From positions 48,454 through 112,453 of the forward strand of contig CASFNW010000002.1 of assembly GCA_949296245.1 (NCBI GenBank): DNA of 64,000 bases, written 5' to 3'. A program made the translations under genes and the position numbers. This stretch comes from an uncultured bacterium. Its GTDB lineage: Bacteria; Cyanobacteriota; Vampirovibrionia; Gastranaerophilales; Gastranaerophilaceae. A model generated the notes under the pieces. That model was not told where the DNA came from and did no database searches. It was given only the letters and a program-made list of their open reading frames with translations. Below, in pieces: positions 43,732 through 53,815 of the stretch (within the stretch, counting starts at the first letter, position 1; every line of letters begins with the position of its first letter).

Positions 43732-44769
43732 ATGAGAACAGCAGTTGCTCAAAATCAAAAGATAGAAATAAAAGATGTTAAAATACCGGAACTCAAGGAT
43801 TATAATAACAAAGGCGCTATTGTAAAAGTGCTGGGCTGCGGGTTATGCGGTTCCGATATTGTAAAATTTTTACATGACGGCAATGAGAAAGTACTCGGGC
43901 ATGAAGTAGTAGGCGAGATAGTCGAAATCAAGCCCTCTTTTATGTCAAAGTTTAAAGTCGGGGACAAAGTTGTTTTAGGGCATCATGTTCCCTGTATGAA
44001 ATGCGATTACTGCGAGAATAAAAACTATTCTATGTGCAGACAGTTTAAAGAAACCAATATATTCCCCGGCGGCTTTTCTGAATATATCTATGTATCTCCA
44101 CTCCATTTAAAAAATACAGTTTTTAAAGTTCCAAAGAATCTTGATGATATGGAAATATCCTTTATGGAGCCTCTGGCATGCTGTATTAGAGCGGTAGAAA
44201 GGGCTGAAGTTAAAGAAGCATCTACCTCTCTTATAATAGGGCTTGGCTCTATAGGACTTTTAATGGGACAGGCAGTAAAAGCGTTTCAAGGAGATGTTAT
44301 AGGCTGTGATTTGATAGAAGAAAGAGTTGCTTTAGCCGGCAATTTGAATTTTGATGCGGCAATAAAGTTTGAAGATAACGATGCTACATCAGAAAAAATC
44401 AGAGAAATGACCTGCAAAATGGGTGTTGATATTGTGTTTATGACATCCGGTTCTGATAAAGCTATTGATTTTGCTTTGAAATCAGTGAGAGACGGAGGAA
44501 CTATTCTTGTTTTTTCTTCTGTTCCGAATGATACGGCAGGATATACAAACAATGATATTTACTACAGGGAATTAAAGATTTTGGGCAGTTATTCGCCTTC
44601 TCCTATGGATCTGGCACTTGCTCATAAATTGCTGACAAAAAAGAAAGTTGTTGTTAAGTATTTTTCAACAGCATATCCGCTGGAAAATCTTGCCGAAGCG
44701 ATACAGGATACAATAGAAAATAAAACACTTAAAGCTTATATAAAAATAAGTGATGATGCTGAAAAATAA
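43732..44769 (+). CDS. Zinc-dependent medium-chain alcohol/polyol dehydrogenase (MDR family)
   Basis: GLCGSD, GHEVVGEIVE, structural-Zn Cys cluster CMKCDYCENKNYSMC, and Rossmann GLGSIGLL. Confidence 0.85.
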   Translation: MRTAVAQNQKIEIKDVKIPELKDYNNKGAIVKVLGCGLCGSDIVKFLHDGNEKVLGHEVVGEIVEIKPSFMSKFKVGDKVVLGHHVPCMKCDYCENKNYSMCRQFKETNIFPGGFSEYIYVSPLHLKNTVFKVPKNLDDMEISFMEPLACCIRAVERAEVKEASTSLIIGLGSIGLLMGQAVKAFQGDVIGCDLIEERVALAGNLNFDAAIKFEDNDATSEKIREMTCKMGVDIVFMTSGSDKAIDFALKSVRDGGTILVFSSVPNDTAGYTNNDIYYRELKILGSYSPSPMDLALAHKLLTKKKVVVKYFSTAYPLENLAEAIQDTIENKTLKAYIKISDDAEK

Positions 44770-44801
44770 GCTTGTTTTAAACATTTTACGGTTGGTAAAG
44801 T

Positions 44802-45839
44802 ATGAAAATGAAAGCAATAAGATATTATGCGCCTCAGGATATAAGATACGAAGAGGTGGAAATAAAAGAACCGCAAGAAGGTGAAGTTCTTGTGAAAATA
44901 GAAGCTGCACTGACCTGCGGAACTGATATAAAAACTTTTCGACGGGGGCATCCTGTTTTGATAAAAAAGACACCTTCTGGCTTCGGGCATGAATTTGCGG
45001 GTGTTATTGAAAAAGTCGGGGCAGGCGTTGTGGATTTTAAGCCGGGAGACAGAGTCGTTGCTGCAAATTCGGCTCCATGCGGAAAATGCTTTTATTGCTT
45101 AAAAAAGCATTACAATCTCTGTGAAAATCTTGACTTATTAAACGGCGCATACGCAGAATACATAACAGTACCGGCACGAATTGTGGAAAAAAATCTGCTA
45201 AAAATACCGACGGGCTTAAGCTTTGAAAAAGCAGCTTTTACAGAGCCGCTTGCCAATGTAGTTCATGGTGTGGAACGCACCAATATTCAACCCGGTGATA
45301 CAGTCGGCGTAGTAGGTATCGGACCTATAGGGTTAATGTTTGCAAGACTTGCAAAGCTTAAAGGTGCAAAAGTTATTGCGGCCGGCAGGAATCCTTTGAA
45401 GCTCAAGCTTGCTGATGAATTTGCGCATGCCGATGAAATAATAGACTTAAAAAAATATCAGCATCCGGAAAAAATATTTAAATCTTTTACTGAAGACGGG
45501 CGCGGTCTGGATGTGGCTGTAGAGTGTGTAGGACTGCCCGAAGTCTGGGAAAAGATGTTTTCTCTTGTCAGAAAGGGCGGAAAAGTGCATCTTTTTGGCG
45601 GATGCAAGGGCGGTACGACTGTAAATATTGATACCCGCCGTTTGCATTATGATGAGGTGCAGATTATTAGCGTTTTTCACCATACACCTCAATATTTCAG
45701 ACAGGCTCTGGATTTAATAGCTGACGGGCATGTGGATGTTACAAAACTTATTACAAAAAAATATCCTTTATCACAGGCAAAAGAGGCAATTTTAGAGCAT
45801 GAGAGCGGTAAAGCGGTAAAAGTATTGTTAACTCCTTAA
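44802..45839 (+). CDS. Zinc-dependent medium-chain alcohol/polyol dehydrogenase (MDR family), second paralog
   Basis: TCGTD, GHEFAGVIEKVG, CGKCFYCLKKHYNLC and GIGPIGLM. Same length (345 aa) as its neighbour. Confidence 0.85.
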   Translation: MKMKAIRYYAPQDIRYEEVEIKEPQEGEVLVKIEAALTCGTDIKTFRRGHPVLIKKTPSGFGHEFAGVIEKVGAGVVDFKPGDRVVAANSAPCGKCFYCLKKHYNLCENLDLLNGAYAEYITVPARIVEKNLLKIPTGLSFEKAAFTEPLANVVHGVERTNIQPGDTVGVVGIGPIGLMFARLAKLKGAKVIAAGRNPLKLKLADEFAHADEIIDLKKYQHPEKIFKSFTEDGRGLDVAVECVGLPEVWEKMFSLVRKGGKVHLFGGCKGGTTVNIDTRRLHYDEVQIISVFHHTPQYFRQALDLIADGHVDVTKLITKKYPLSQAKEAILEHESGKAVKVLLTP

Positions 45840-46027
45840 TTAATTTGTTAAGTTTTGTATAGCATTTATTTATTGTTCAAAATACACTATTTTCGCCGTT
45901 GTTTGAGGCTTTTTCATGAATCGGGTGGATTGCTTTGAAAATTTAATATGCTAAACTAGCAAATAATGGAATTTACAAACTTTATACAAATGAAGTTTAA
46001 ATCACCTAAGACTTGTGAAAGAGAAAA

Positions 46028-46870
46028 ATGAAAATTTTACAAACGACAAAGGTTAATAAAATTCCGGCGCCCAGAGATTACAAATCGCATTTCGGGCAGG
46101 TTTCGGATTTTTCTCTTCATTCCTCTTTTGAGAACATGTCTCATGAGTCATTAAATTCTAAGTCTATTAATATTTCTAATAAAAATAAAAAGACCGCCAA
46201 TGTTATTTCATTTGGCGGTCTTTCTTTATCAGAAGTCCAAAAAATTAAAAATTCCGGTTTGTGGAAGTTTTTAAATGCCGGCTGGTTTGAGAAATTTATT
46301 GCAAAAGCAGATGCAAGTCAGACATTGTTTGATGCATTTTTTGCATTGTTCCTTACCTGTGCACTGCGCCCTGCTGCTATAATGGTTCAGGCGAATGAAA
46401 AAAATAAAAAGAAAAATACCAAGGCTGCTGCTCATTCGATTTCTTCGGGGTTAATCGGCTATGGCTTTGCAAAGGTTGTATTTTCTCCGATAAAAAATGC
46501 TATAGATAAAATAAAAGCTCATCCTGAGTTTTATGCAAAAGGTGCAGAAAAATTCTTCAGATATGCTGATAAATTTACAAATAAATCTATGTACAGAACA
46601 ATGAGTGCATCCAAAAGAATGCAGACATTTACAATGTTATTTAATAAATCTGCGGAAGTTCTTACAGCAAGTGTTCGTTCCGCTATAACTATCGCAATGA
46701 TTCCTTATATTGATAAATATGTATTAAACCCGTTGTTTGGTTCTTCTGAACCTGTTTCAACAAAGAAAGAGCTTCAAATGCCTGCTTATAAATATTCTTA
46801 TATAGTCAATTTTAAAAACAGCCAGGAGTCTGACAGAATATTCAAGAATTTTACAGGAGGGATTAAATAA
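46028..46870 (+). CDS. Hypothetical membrane protein
   Basis: 280 aa. Hydrophobic helices separated by a Lys-rich loop (FALFLTCALRPAAIMVQANEKNKKKNTKAAAHSISSGLIGYGF). Stop overlaps the next start (TAATG). Confidence 0.6.
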   Translation: MKILQTTKVNKIPAPRDYKSHFGQVSDFSLHSSFENMSHESLNSKSINISNKNKKTANVISFGGLSLSEVQKIKNSGLWKFLNAGWFEKFIAKADASQTLFDAFFALFLTCALRPAAIMVQANEKNKKKNTKAAAHSISSGLIGYGFAKVVFSPIKNAIDKIKAHPEFYAKGAEKFFRYADKFTNKSMYRTMSASKRMQTFTMLFNKSAEVLTASVRSAITIAMIPYIDKYVLNPLFGSSEPVSTKKELQMPAYKYSYIVNFKNSQESDRIFKNFTGGIK

Positions 46871-47838
46871 TGATTATAAACTCTTATAATCCTCAGGCAT
46901 ACAAATATAATAATCCTTCTTTTAAAGCAATCGATGCTGCAACATTGAGAAAAACAGTTAAGCAGGCTAAGATATATACAAACAATGCTTCTGACAGAGC
47001 TACAAGCTATATGGCTCTTGCTATAGGTAAGCTTGCCTCATTTAAATCAGTACAAAAAGTTGTTGATTGGTTTAAGGATAAGAATTATCAAGCACACCTC
47101 GCTGCAATTGTAGGCTGCATATTGTCAGGTTTTTATATGCTGGATACTGCACGTTCCAAGACAATTGAAAAAGATCAAAAGCTGCCGTTGATATTAAATC
47201 AAGGTGTTGTTTGTGCATTTTCTACAGCGGGGGCTTATACGCTGAATAGCTATCTTGATAAAAAAATTAATAATGTTGCAGAACTTTTTAGTATAGCTAA
47301 AATTAAGGATAAAAAATTACAGGAACATTTTTTGAAATACAAGGCAGACCCGCAATATGCAGATGTTGTTGAACGTGCTGCTTTAAAAAATGAAAAACTC
47401 GGCGGAATCTTGAAAAAGCTTGAAAGTAAATTTGAGTTTACAAACAATACACTTGTATTTATTAAGGATGAACTTAAAAAAGCAAAAGATGATACTGTTG
47501 CAAAGAATTTTATAAAGGAAATAAAAAATATAAATACACAGGGCAGAGACAAAGCTGATGTATTAAAAGAGTTATTTTTGAAACGGATGAAAGACAGTAA
47601 AGTATTAAAATCCGTTTATAACAGAGAATCGATGAATAATGCAATTAAATTATATGCAGGACAACCGCAATCAGGAAATCTGCCTAAATTATTGAACGGA
47701 TTCAAGACAGCAAAAGCACTAATGATATTTGCTTTGATATACAGATTTGTTTCGCCGGTTATTGCAACACCTATTGCAAATAAATTCAGCGAAAAATTTG
47801 AAGCAAAGAAAAAAACTAAAAATAATGAGGCAGCATAG
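46870..47838 (+). CDS. Hypothetical membrane protein, translationally coupled to 46028-46870
   Basis: 322 aa. NNPSFKAIDAAT near the N-terminus, a TM hairpin (IVGCILSGFYMLDTARSKTIEKDQKLPLILNQGVVCAF) and a C-terminal TM. Confidence 0.6.
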   Translation: MIINSYNPQAYKYNNPSFKAIDAATLRKTVKQAKIYTNNASDRATSYMALAIGKLASFKSVQKVVDWFKDKNYQAHLAAIVGCILSGFYMLDTARSKTIEKDQKLPLILNQGVVCAFSTAGAYTLNSYLDKKINNVAELFSIAKIKDKKLQEHFLKYKADPQYADVVERAALKNEKLGGILKKLESKFEFTNNTLVFIKDELKKAKDDTVAKNFIKEIKNINTQGRDKADVLKELFLKRMKDSKVLKSVYNRESMNNAIKLYAGQPQSGNLPKLLNGFKTAKALMIFALIYRFVSPVIATPIANKFSEKFEAKKKTKNNEAA

Positions 47839-47840
47839 CA

Positions 47841-47886
47841 AAAAAAATCCCGCATTATACCAGCGGGGATTGGTTAGGTTTTAGTT
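47841..47886. terminator. Bidirectional terminator between 46870-47838 and 47920-48972
   Basis: A7 run, ATCCCGC (47847-47853) / GCGGGGAT (47863-47870), then a T-rich tail, between convergent genes. Confidence 0.7.
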
Positions 47887-47919
47887 TATAATAGGTTATT
47901 AGTTTAATTTGACTTAAAT

Positions 47920-48972
47920 CTATGCGTTCATTTGTGCTAATAAAGCCTGTAGTTTATCTGCACCTTTTGCATTTGCTCCGATACTATAGCCTTTGTTAAA
48001 TGTTTCCGGCGTATGAGTTGTGTAAACTACATTTCCTTGTCTTGCAATATCCGGTCTAATCTCCGCTAATTTTTGGTTTGCTATATCTACATTACTTGGT
48101 GCCGGCAAGTAACCTTTAACACCTCGTTGAGGAATATTAAATGTCTGCTGCTGTTTAGGTAAATAGTTTTCAATAGAACCTAAATTTACTTTATTGTTTC
48201 CTGCAAGGACAGGTAAATTTTGTTGTCCTGCTACCGGAAGATAACCTTTTACTGAGTTATAAGCCGGTATCTCTACAAATGGTACATCAACAGCAATATC
48301 TTTGATATCTACTTTAGGTTGATGCGTTTTATTAGGTGTAGAATATATTACTGCAGGAGTATTTGGTGTTACCGGATTTTGATTAACCGGTGTAGTGTTT
48401 ACTGTATTAGTTGAATTTGGATTAATATTTGTTTGTGTATGTTGGGGCAAATATCCTTTAATTTTGGGAGCAGTTGGATTAACTGTTGTCGGATTAACCG
48501 GGCTTGGTTTTACCGTCGATGGATTAACAGTTGTCGGGTTTACCGGTACTGGATTTACGGGGGTATTAGTTCTTGGTCGTGCTCCTCTGCTTGGCCATTT
48601 AAACTTTTTGCCCTTTGCAAGAGCTAGTAATAAAGCAGCTGTACCTAATGCTGTACCAACAATACCAAGCATTGTCGGCGTTTCATCATGTTTTTTATGA
48701 ACAGCCACAGGTCTTGCATAATAGTTATTATTTCTATCATCGTTTTTTATTAAATAGTCAGCATTGAATTGACCAATTCCAACACCTGTCATCGGGCTCA
48801 TAAATCCCATGCCCATTCCCATGTAACCCGGATACATTCCTGCTCCGTAAGCGCCCATTCCCATACCTGCACCATAACCGCTGCCTATGGCATTGTAATT
48901 GGCTTGGACATTATACATCGGGCTCATTAAGCTCTGAAAGCTTGTGCTGTAATTGTCAAAATTCATAACCAT
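47920..48972 (-). CDS. Low-complexity hypothetical membrane protein (Gly/Met-rich N-terminus, one TM, Pro/Asn/Thr/Val repeats, KGYLP motifs)
   Basis: 350 aa. GYGAGMGMGAYGAGMYPGYMGMGMGF, TM LGIVGTALGTAALLLALA, VNPTTVNPSTVKPSPVNPTTVNPT, and three (V)KGYLP motifs. Confidence 0.65.
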   Translation of the reverse strand: MVMNFDNYSTSFQSLMSPMYNVQANYNAIGSGYGAGMGMGAYGAGMYPGYMGMGMGFMSPMTGVGIGQFNADYLIKNDDRNNNYYARPVAVHKKHDETPTMLGIVGTALGTAALLLALAKGKKFKWPSRGARPRTNTPVNPVPVNPTTVNPSTVKPSPVNPTTVNPTAPKIKGYLPQHTQTNINPNSTNTVNTTPVNQNPVTPNTPAVIYSTPNKTHQPKVDIKDIAVDVPFVEIPAYNSVKGYLPVAGQQNLPVLAGNNKVNLGSIENYLPKQQQTFNIPQRGVKGYLPAPSNVDIANQKLAEIRPDIARQGNVVYTTHTPETFNKGYSIGANAKGADKLQALLAQMNA

Positions 48973-49183
48973 GACCTATTCTCCAAACTACCTTTAATTT
49001 TTATAAATCTAACCTTACATTTATAAAAACAATCGATTTGGTAAAATTGCCTGAATTAGAAAATATGTTAAGAAATATTAAACAATTTTATTAGATAACT
49101 CTATTATTTTGTCTGTCAGCAGGTACAATAGACATAGGTTATAATTTATATATATATTTAGAGTATAAACAGAGGAGATTAGG

Positions 49184-50566
49184 ATGCTTGAATTTGACTA
49201 CAGAAATGTCAAAGCTGAAATTGTCGGTGAAGAAAACGGGTTAAATCTAGAAGAAGCCTTTAACAATTTCAATGACAAAATAGCCAGAATTATAAGCGAC
49301 TTAAACTCTAAAAAAGATAAGCCGGGACAATGGCTGCAATGGATGAATCTTGGCTATAGTGAAGAAACAGTGTGGCTTGTTAAAGAATATGCTGCTATGA
49401 CACAAGGACTGTTTGATAATGTTCTTGTGCTTGGTATAGGCGGTTCCGCACTTGGCGGTATGGCAGTTTGTGAGGCTTTGTTGCAGCCATATTGGAACTT
49501 GCTTTCCGAAGAGCAGAGAAACAATTTTCCTCGAATTTTTTTCCTTGATAATGTTGACCCGGATCAGATAAACGGATTGCTAAATATATTGGATTTAAAG
49601 AAAACTCTGGTCAATGTTATTACAAAATCTGGTTCTACAGCTGAAACAATGTCGCAGTTTATGATTCTCAAAAACAGACTGCAGGAAGAACTCGGAGATA
49701 ATTATGTCAGGCACATAGTTGCAACAACCGATAAAAATTCAGGTATATTAAGGCAGATTTCTAATGAAGAGGGATACAAAACTTTTGTAATTCCTGATGA
49801 TGTAGGCGGCAGGTTTTCTGTATTTTCTGCGGTTGGTTTATTGCCGTTTGCTCTTGTCGGTATAGATATAGAAGAGCTTGTGCAGGGTGTAAAAGATATG
49901 GATCTTGCGCTAAAAAATACTGATATATGGCATAATATTGCGGCACAGAATGCGCTTATTCATTACTTAATGGATACACAAAAAGGGAAGAATCTTTCTG
50001 TTATGATGCCATACTCTACAAGACTAAAATATGTGGCTGATTGGTTTGTTCAGCTTTGGGCGGAGAGTCTAGGCAAAGAAAAAGATAATGACGGAAATAT
50101 TGTACATATAGGTCCTACTCCGATAAAAGCTTTGGGTGCAACTGATCAGCATTCACAAATTCAGCTTTATAACGAGGGACCGAATAACAAGCTTATCAAT
50201 TTTATTCGTGTTAAGGAATTTGATACGACACTTGAAATTCCGAAAATTTTTGAGTTTACGGGTATCGGATATCTCGGCGGTAATACATTTAACTCGTTAA
50301 TAAATGCAGAAGCTGATGCAACAAAGGTTGCTCTTGTCGATTATCAAAGGCCAAATGTAACAATAACTCTTGAAAAAGTAAATCCTTATAATATAGGGCA
50401 GCTTTTATACATGTTAGAAGTACAGACAGCCATAATTGGTGAACTTTATAATATTAATACCTTTAACCAACCGGGGGTAGAACAGGCTAAAAATTATACA
50501 TACGCGCTTATGGGCAGGGCAGGTTATGAGGAATCTGCAGCGATGTTAAAAGAAAAAATGGCATAA
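49184..50566 (+). CDS. pgi: Glucose-6-phosphate isomerase (short bacterial type)
   Basis: 460 aa. VLGIGGSALG, KSGSTAET, DDVGGRFSVFSAVGLLP and GATDQHSQIQLYNEGP motifs. Confidence 0.9.
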   Translation: MLEFDYRNVKAEIVGEENGLNLEEAFNNFNDKIARIISDLNSKKDKPGQWLQWMNLGYSEETVWLVKEYAAMTQGLFDNVLVLGIGGSALGGMAVCEALLQPYWNLLSEEQRNNFPRIFFLDNVDPDQINGLLNILDLKKTLVNVITKSGSTAETMSQFMILKNRLQEELGDNYVRHIVATTDKNSGILRQISNEEGYKTFVIPDDVGGRFSVFSAVGLLPFALVGIDIEELVQGVKDMDLALKNTDIWHNIAAQNALIHYLMDTQKGKNLSVMMPYSTRLKYVADWFVQLWAESLGKEKDNDGNIVHIGPTPIKALGATDQHSQIQLYNEGPNNKLINFIRVKEFDTTLEIPKIFEFTGIGYLGGNTFNSLINAEADATKVALVDYQRPNVTITLEKVNPYNIGQLLYMLEVQTAIIGELYNINTFNQPGVEQAKNYTYALMGRAGYEESAAMLKEKMA

Positions 50567-50663
50567 AACCATATTGGTGTAACATAAAGTTACATATTTT
50601 TACATACGGTTATGTCTTTGCTAAAATTAAATACGGAGCTTTTTAATTAGAGAGTAGTTTTAT

Positions 50664-53153
50664 ATGGCAGACATTAATTCCTTTGAAATAATACAAAATA
50701 AACTGGACGCACTGGTTGAAAAAATAGTACAAAAAGAAAATTCCGATGAAGATTTTCGTATTACATATGCCCAGATTTTAGAAAAGATTAATACAAAAAT
50801 GGATCTTTTTTCTAATGATAATACTTATGAGCGTATTAACCTTATCGGGATTGAACTGAATAAACTTATAAAAGAACGTCAGGATGTAGTTGATGCAAAA
50901 TTTAATGCTGTAAAAGGCGAATTTGACAATCTTAATGAAGTATTGTTAAACTCTCTTAAAACACCTGAGCTTTTGGCTGCATTCAATAAAATCCAAAATC
51001 AAATACACTATTTTTCAGAAGAACTGGAAAGCCAAAAATTTGCATTTAATTCTATAATCTCTCATATTGAAAAGTCAGGAACGCTAGAAGAAACAAATGA
51101 TAGCATGAGAGCTAATTTTGCTATTGTTAAAGAGCAAAATACGATAATAAACGAAAACGTTAATAAACAGCTTGATTTATTAAATAAATATAACTCTCTT
51201 ATTGAAGAAAATAACCAAAAAGTCTTAGACGATTTGAATACAGTAATTTTGAGTGTCAGAGAGTTTTCTGAATTGATAAATAAAGATAGTGAAGCAGTCA
51301 AAAATTTTGTCGATGAAAAAATTACTTCTGTTTTACAAAAAGCCGAAGATGCTGACACTTTAATAAATGTTTTGAATAACAATCTTACTACTTTGATGCA
51401 GGTTGTTGGAAATATTTTTGACGATGAATCTTTTCAGGATGTTAAATCTGATGTTGCCGATATTCTTGTAAAAACAGCTTTTCTTTCTGAAGCAGTTACT
51501 AAAATTGCTACCAAAGATGAGTTGTTAAGTAATTCCGAAAAAAATAAGGAAGAAATTAAAGAAAACACAAAACAGCTGGTTAGTTCTTTGGAAGAAAAAC
51601 TTCTTTCTAAATTGGATTTTTCTTCTTTAGAAGATATTAAAAACTATACAGAAAAAATGTTCTTTCAGGGAACAGAGGTTCTTAAAGAGGAAATATGGGC
51701 TATAAAAGATACTGTTACTAATTTTAGTAAAGAATCTTTGAAAAAGTCAGATTTTGATAAAAAGCTGGAGTCGCTAAAAGAACTTAATAATACTATAAAA
51801 GAGGATTTAACTGATATAATTTCTGAAGAAAGCGTAGCTGCTTCTAATCAATTGAATGAGATATCAACATTAATAAGTACACTGAGAAATAATTTAGCAG
51901 ATATCGTTTTAAATGAGCAAAAAGAACAGATAGATAAATCCTTACAAGAACTCCAGACTAAATTTATTACACAGCTTTTGCAAATAGCAGATAATATCTC
52001 TTTTGTTGAAGACGCGGAGGAGATTAATGAAAATATTTATTCTGCATGCGAAAATATAAAAGAAAAAATTTCGTCTGATATTGATGATGTTAAAAACGAT
52101 TTAATTCAGCTAAAGGGCGAAGCTGCCGCTGAAAGCAGTAAAATTTTCGAACTGCTTTCAAAAATTGATTCGGCAATTAACAATGATATAACAAGTGATT
52201 TAAAAACGCTTATTTCCGGTTTTAAGCTTTTAACAAGCGGAATAAAAGGTGATAAGGATTATTTATATACTCTGCCTGATATAGAGTCGGATTTGTCTAA
52301 GATAAGAGTTGATATTAATAATCTTCAAAATACTCTTATTTCTTCATCAGATGAATCAACAGAGGAATGTGTAGATATTACTTCCAAAATTAATAATATT
52401 AAAAATATTGTTGAAAAAATACAACAAAGTCCGATAAATGATGAAATATCAGAAATCAAGGCTCTTTTTGACGGCTTAAATGAAGATATATCGAGCATAA
52501 GCAAACGTACAAATAAACTTATCATCGCGTCTGACGAGGTAAATAAAGCATTAAAGAATAATGTAATTACGTTTACTTCTTTAATAAATGAATTTGAAAA
52601 ACAAAGCAGAGAATTTTATAATTCTGCTTTTATGACTGAACTGAATGCAAGAATAGAGAATCTTTCTAAAATGACAGCTTCTGTCATGCAGTCTGATCAG
52701 GTTTTGAATGAAGCTTTTATGTATATGGGCGAGTGGATAGATTCTGCCAGTGATTCATTTGACGAAATCAAGGCGGATGTTTCGAAAATGAAAAAGACCC
52801 TTCTCTCTGATGAAACAGGTGCTGCAGAAAGATTGGAAGAAACTGTTAATGCTTTGAGCCGTAGGGTCGAACTTCAGGATGCAAAAATGGATGCTGTTGA
52901 GGAAAAACTTGATAAGCTTATTGAGCAGCAGCAGGAGTCAAAAGAGTTGAAATCTCTAATTGAGTATGTTGCATCTCAGGTAAGCCTCACTAACGAAAAA
53001 GTTGTTGAAAATGATAAACTTGCACAGAAGATTGCAAGTATGGAAAAACAACTTAAAAAAATCGAAAAAAATGTTGCTGCCATAACTGAATATATTGATG
53101 AAGAAGATACAGAAGAAGATGAATTCTTCGATGAAGATGATTCTGAAAATTAA
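50664..53153 (+). CDS. Large acidic coiled-coil protein
   Basis: 829 aa, Glu/Lys/Leu/Asn-rich heptad-like sequence throughout, with an acidic tail (EEDTEEDEFFDEDDSEN). No catalytic motif. Confidence 0.7.
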   Translation: MADINSFEIIQNKLDALVEKIVQKENSDEDFRITYAQILEKINTKMDLFSNDNTYERINLIGIELNKLIKERQDVVDAKFNAVKGEFDNLNEVLLNSLKTPELLAAFNKIQNQIHYFSEELESQKFAFNSIISHIEKSGTLEETNDSMRANFAIVKEQNTIINENVNKQLDLLNKYNSLIEENNQKVLDDLNTVILSVREFSELINKDSEAVKNFVDEKITSVLQKAEDADTLINVLNNNLTTLMQVVGNIFDDESFQDVKSDVADILVKTAFLSEAVTKIATKDELLSNSEKNKEEIKENTKQLVSSLEEKLLSKLDFSSLEDIKNYTEKMFFQGTEVLKEEIWAIKDTVTNFSKESLKKSDFDKKLESLKELNNTIKEDLTDIISEESVAASNQLNEISTLISTLRNNLADIVLNEQKEQIDKSLQELQTKFITQLLQIADNISFVEDAEEINENIYSACENIKEKISSDIDDVKNDLIQLKGEAAAESSKIFELLSKIDSAINNDITSDLKTLISGFKLLTSGIKGDKDYLYTLPDIESDLSKIRVDINNLQNTLISSSDESTEECVDITSKINNIKNIVEKIQQSPINDEISEIKALFDGLNEDISSISKRTNKLIIASDEVNKALKNNVITFTSLINEFEKQSREFYNSAFMTELNARIENLSKMTASVMQSDQVLNEAFMYMGEWIDSASDSFDEIKADVSKMKKTLLSDETGAAERLEETVNALSRRVELQDAKMDAVEEKLDKLIEQQQESKELKSLIEYVASQVSLTNEKVVENDKLAQKIASMEKQLKKIEKNVAAITEYIDEEDTEEDEFFDEDDSEN

Positions 53154-53353
53154 TTGTTACTCAAAACAAGCTTGAATGTTGCAAGATTTTTGATTGCGAA
53201 CAGTTTTGTTTTCATATTTTGTTCTTCATTGATTTTGAAAATTCTTATAATACGCTGGATTTCTTCAACATTCTTACGTGAAGAAATATCATAAACATTT
53301 TTTATCGGATCTGAAACAACATCCATTATTGTATTTAATTCATGTTCTTGCAT
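53150..53353 (-). CDS. Small hypothetical protein (67 aa)
   Basis: ATG preceded by AGAGGA SD. Divergent from 53560-53814. No family recognised. Confidence 0.45.
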   Translation of the reverse strand: MQEHELNTIMDVVSDPIKNVYDISSRKNVEEIQRIIRIFKINEEQNMKTKLFAIKNLATFKLVLSNN

Positions 53354-53559
53354 AATAGGTATTCCTCTAAGACTCTATATTTTTATAAAGTGAATTTCTT
53401 TATAAAAATTGCCTAATTTTTTATAAATTGTTAAGAAATATATATAAAGTATATAAATAATTCTTCTAATGTTAAGATATACTTGAAATAGTGGATAATT
53501 TCTTTGGGTTTTAGTATATAATAATAGACATATAGATATGATATAAAAAAGGAGACAAT

Positions 53560-53814
53560 ATGCTGCCAATAGTTTCTGAAGAGCATGCATCTTTGGCATT
53601 TGCAGAGATTTTTCAGGATGTCCACGGCTGGAGAAAAAAAATGATTCATTATATTAAAGATGAAAATCCTGAAATTAACAGTGCAATAATCGAAGCTGCA
53701 AATAATACGGATCTTGATCCTAAAGCAGTTGCTCTTGGCGCATATATGACATATATTTTGCTTGAAATGGCAGCTAAAGATGATGACAGCATTGGATATG
53801 ATATAGAAGACTAG
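53560..53814 (+). CDS. Small hypothetical protein (84 aa)
   Basis: Strong SD (AAGGAGA, 4 nt spacing). No family recognised. Confidence 0.55.
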   Translation: MLPIVSEEHASLAFAEIFQDVHGWRKKMIHYIKDENPEINSAIIEAANNTDLDPKAVALGAYMTYILLEMAAKDDDSIGYDIED

Positions 53815-53815
53815 T

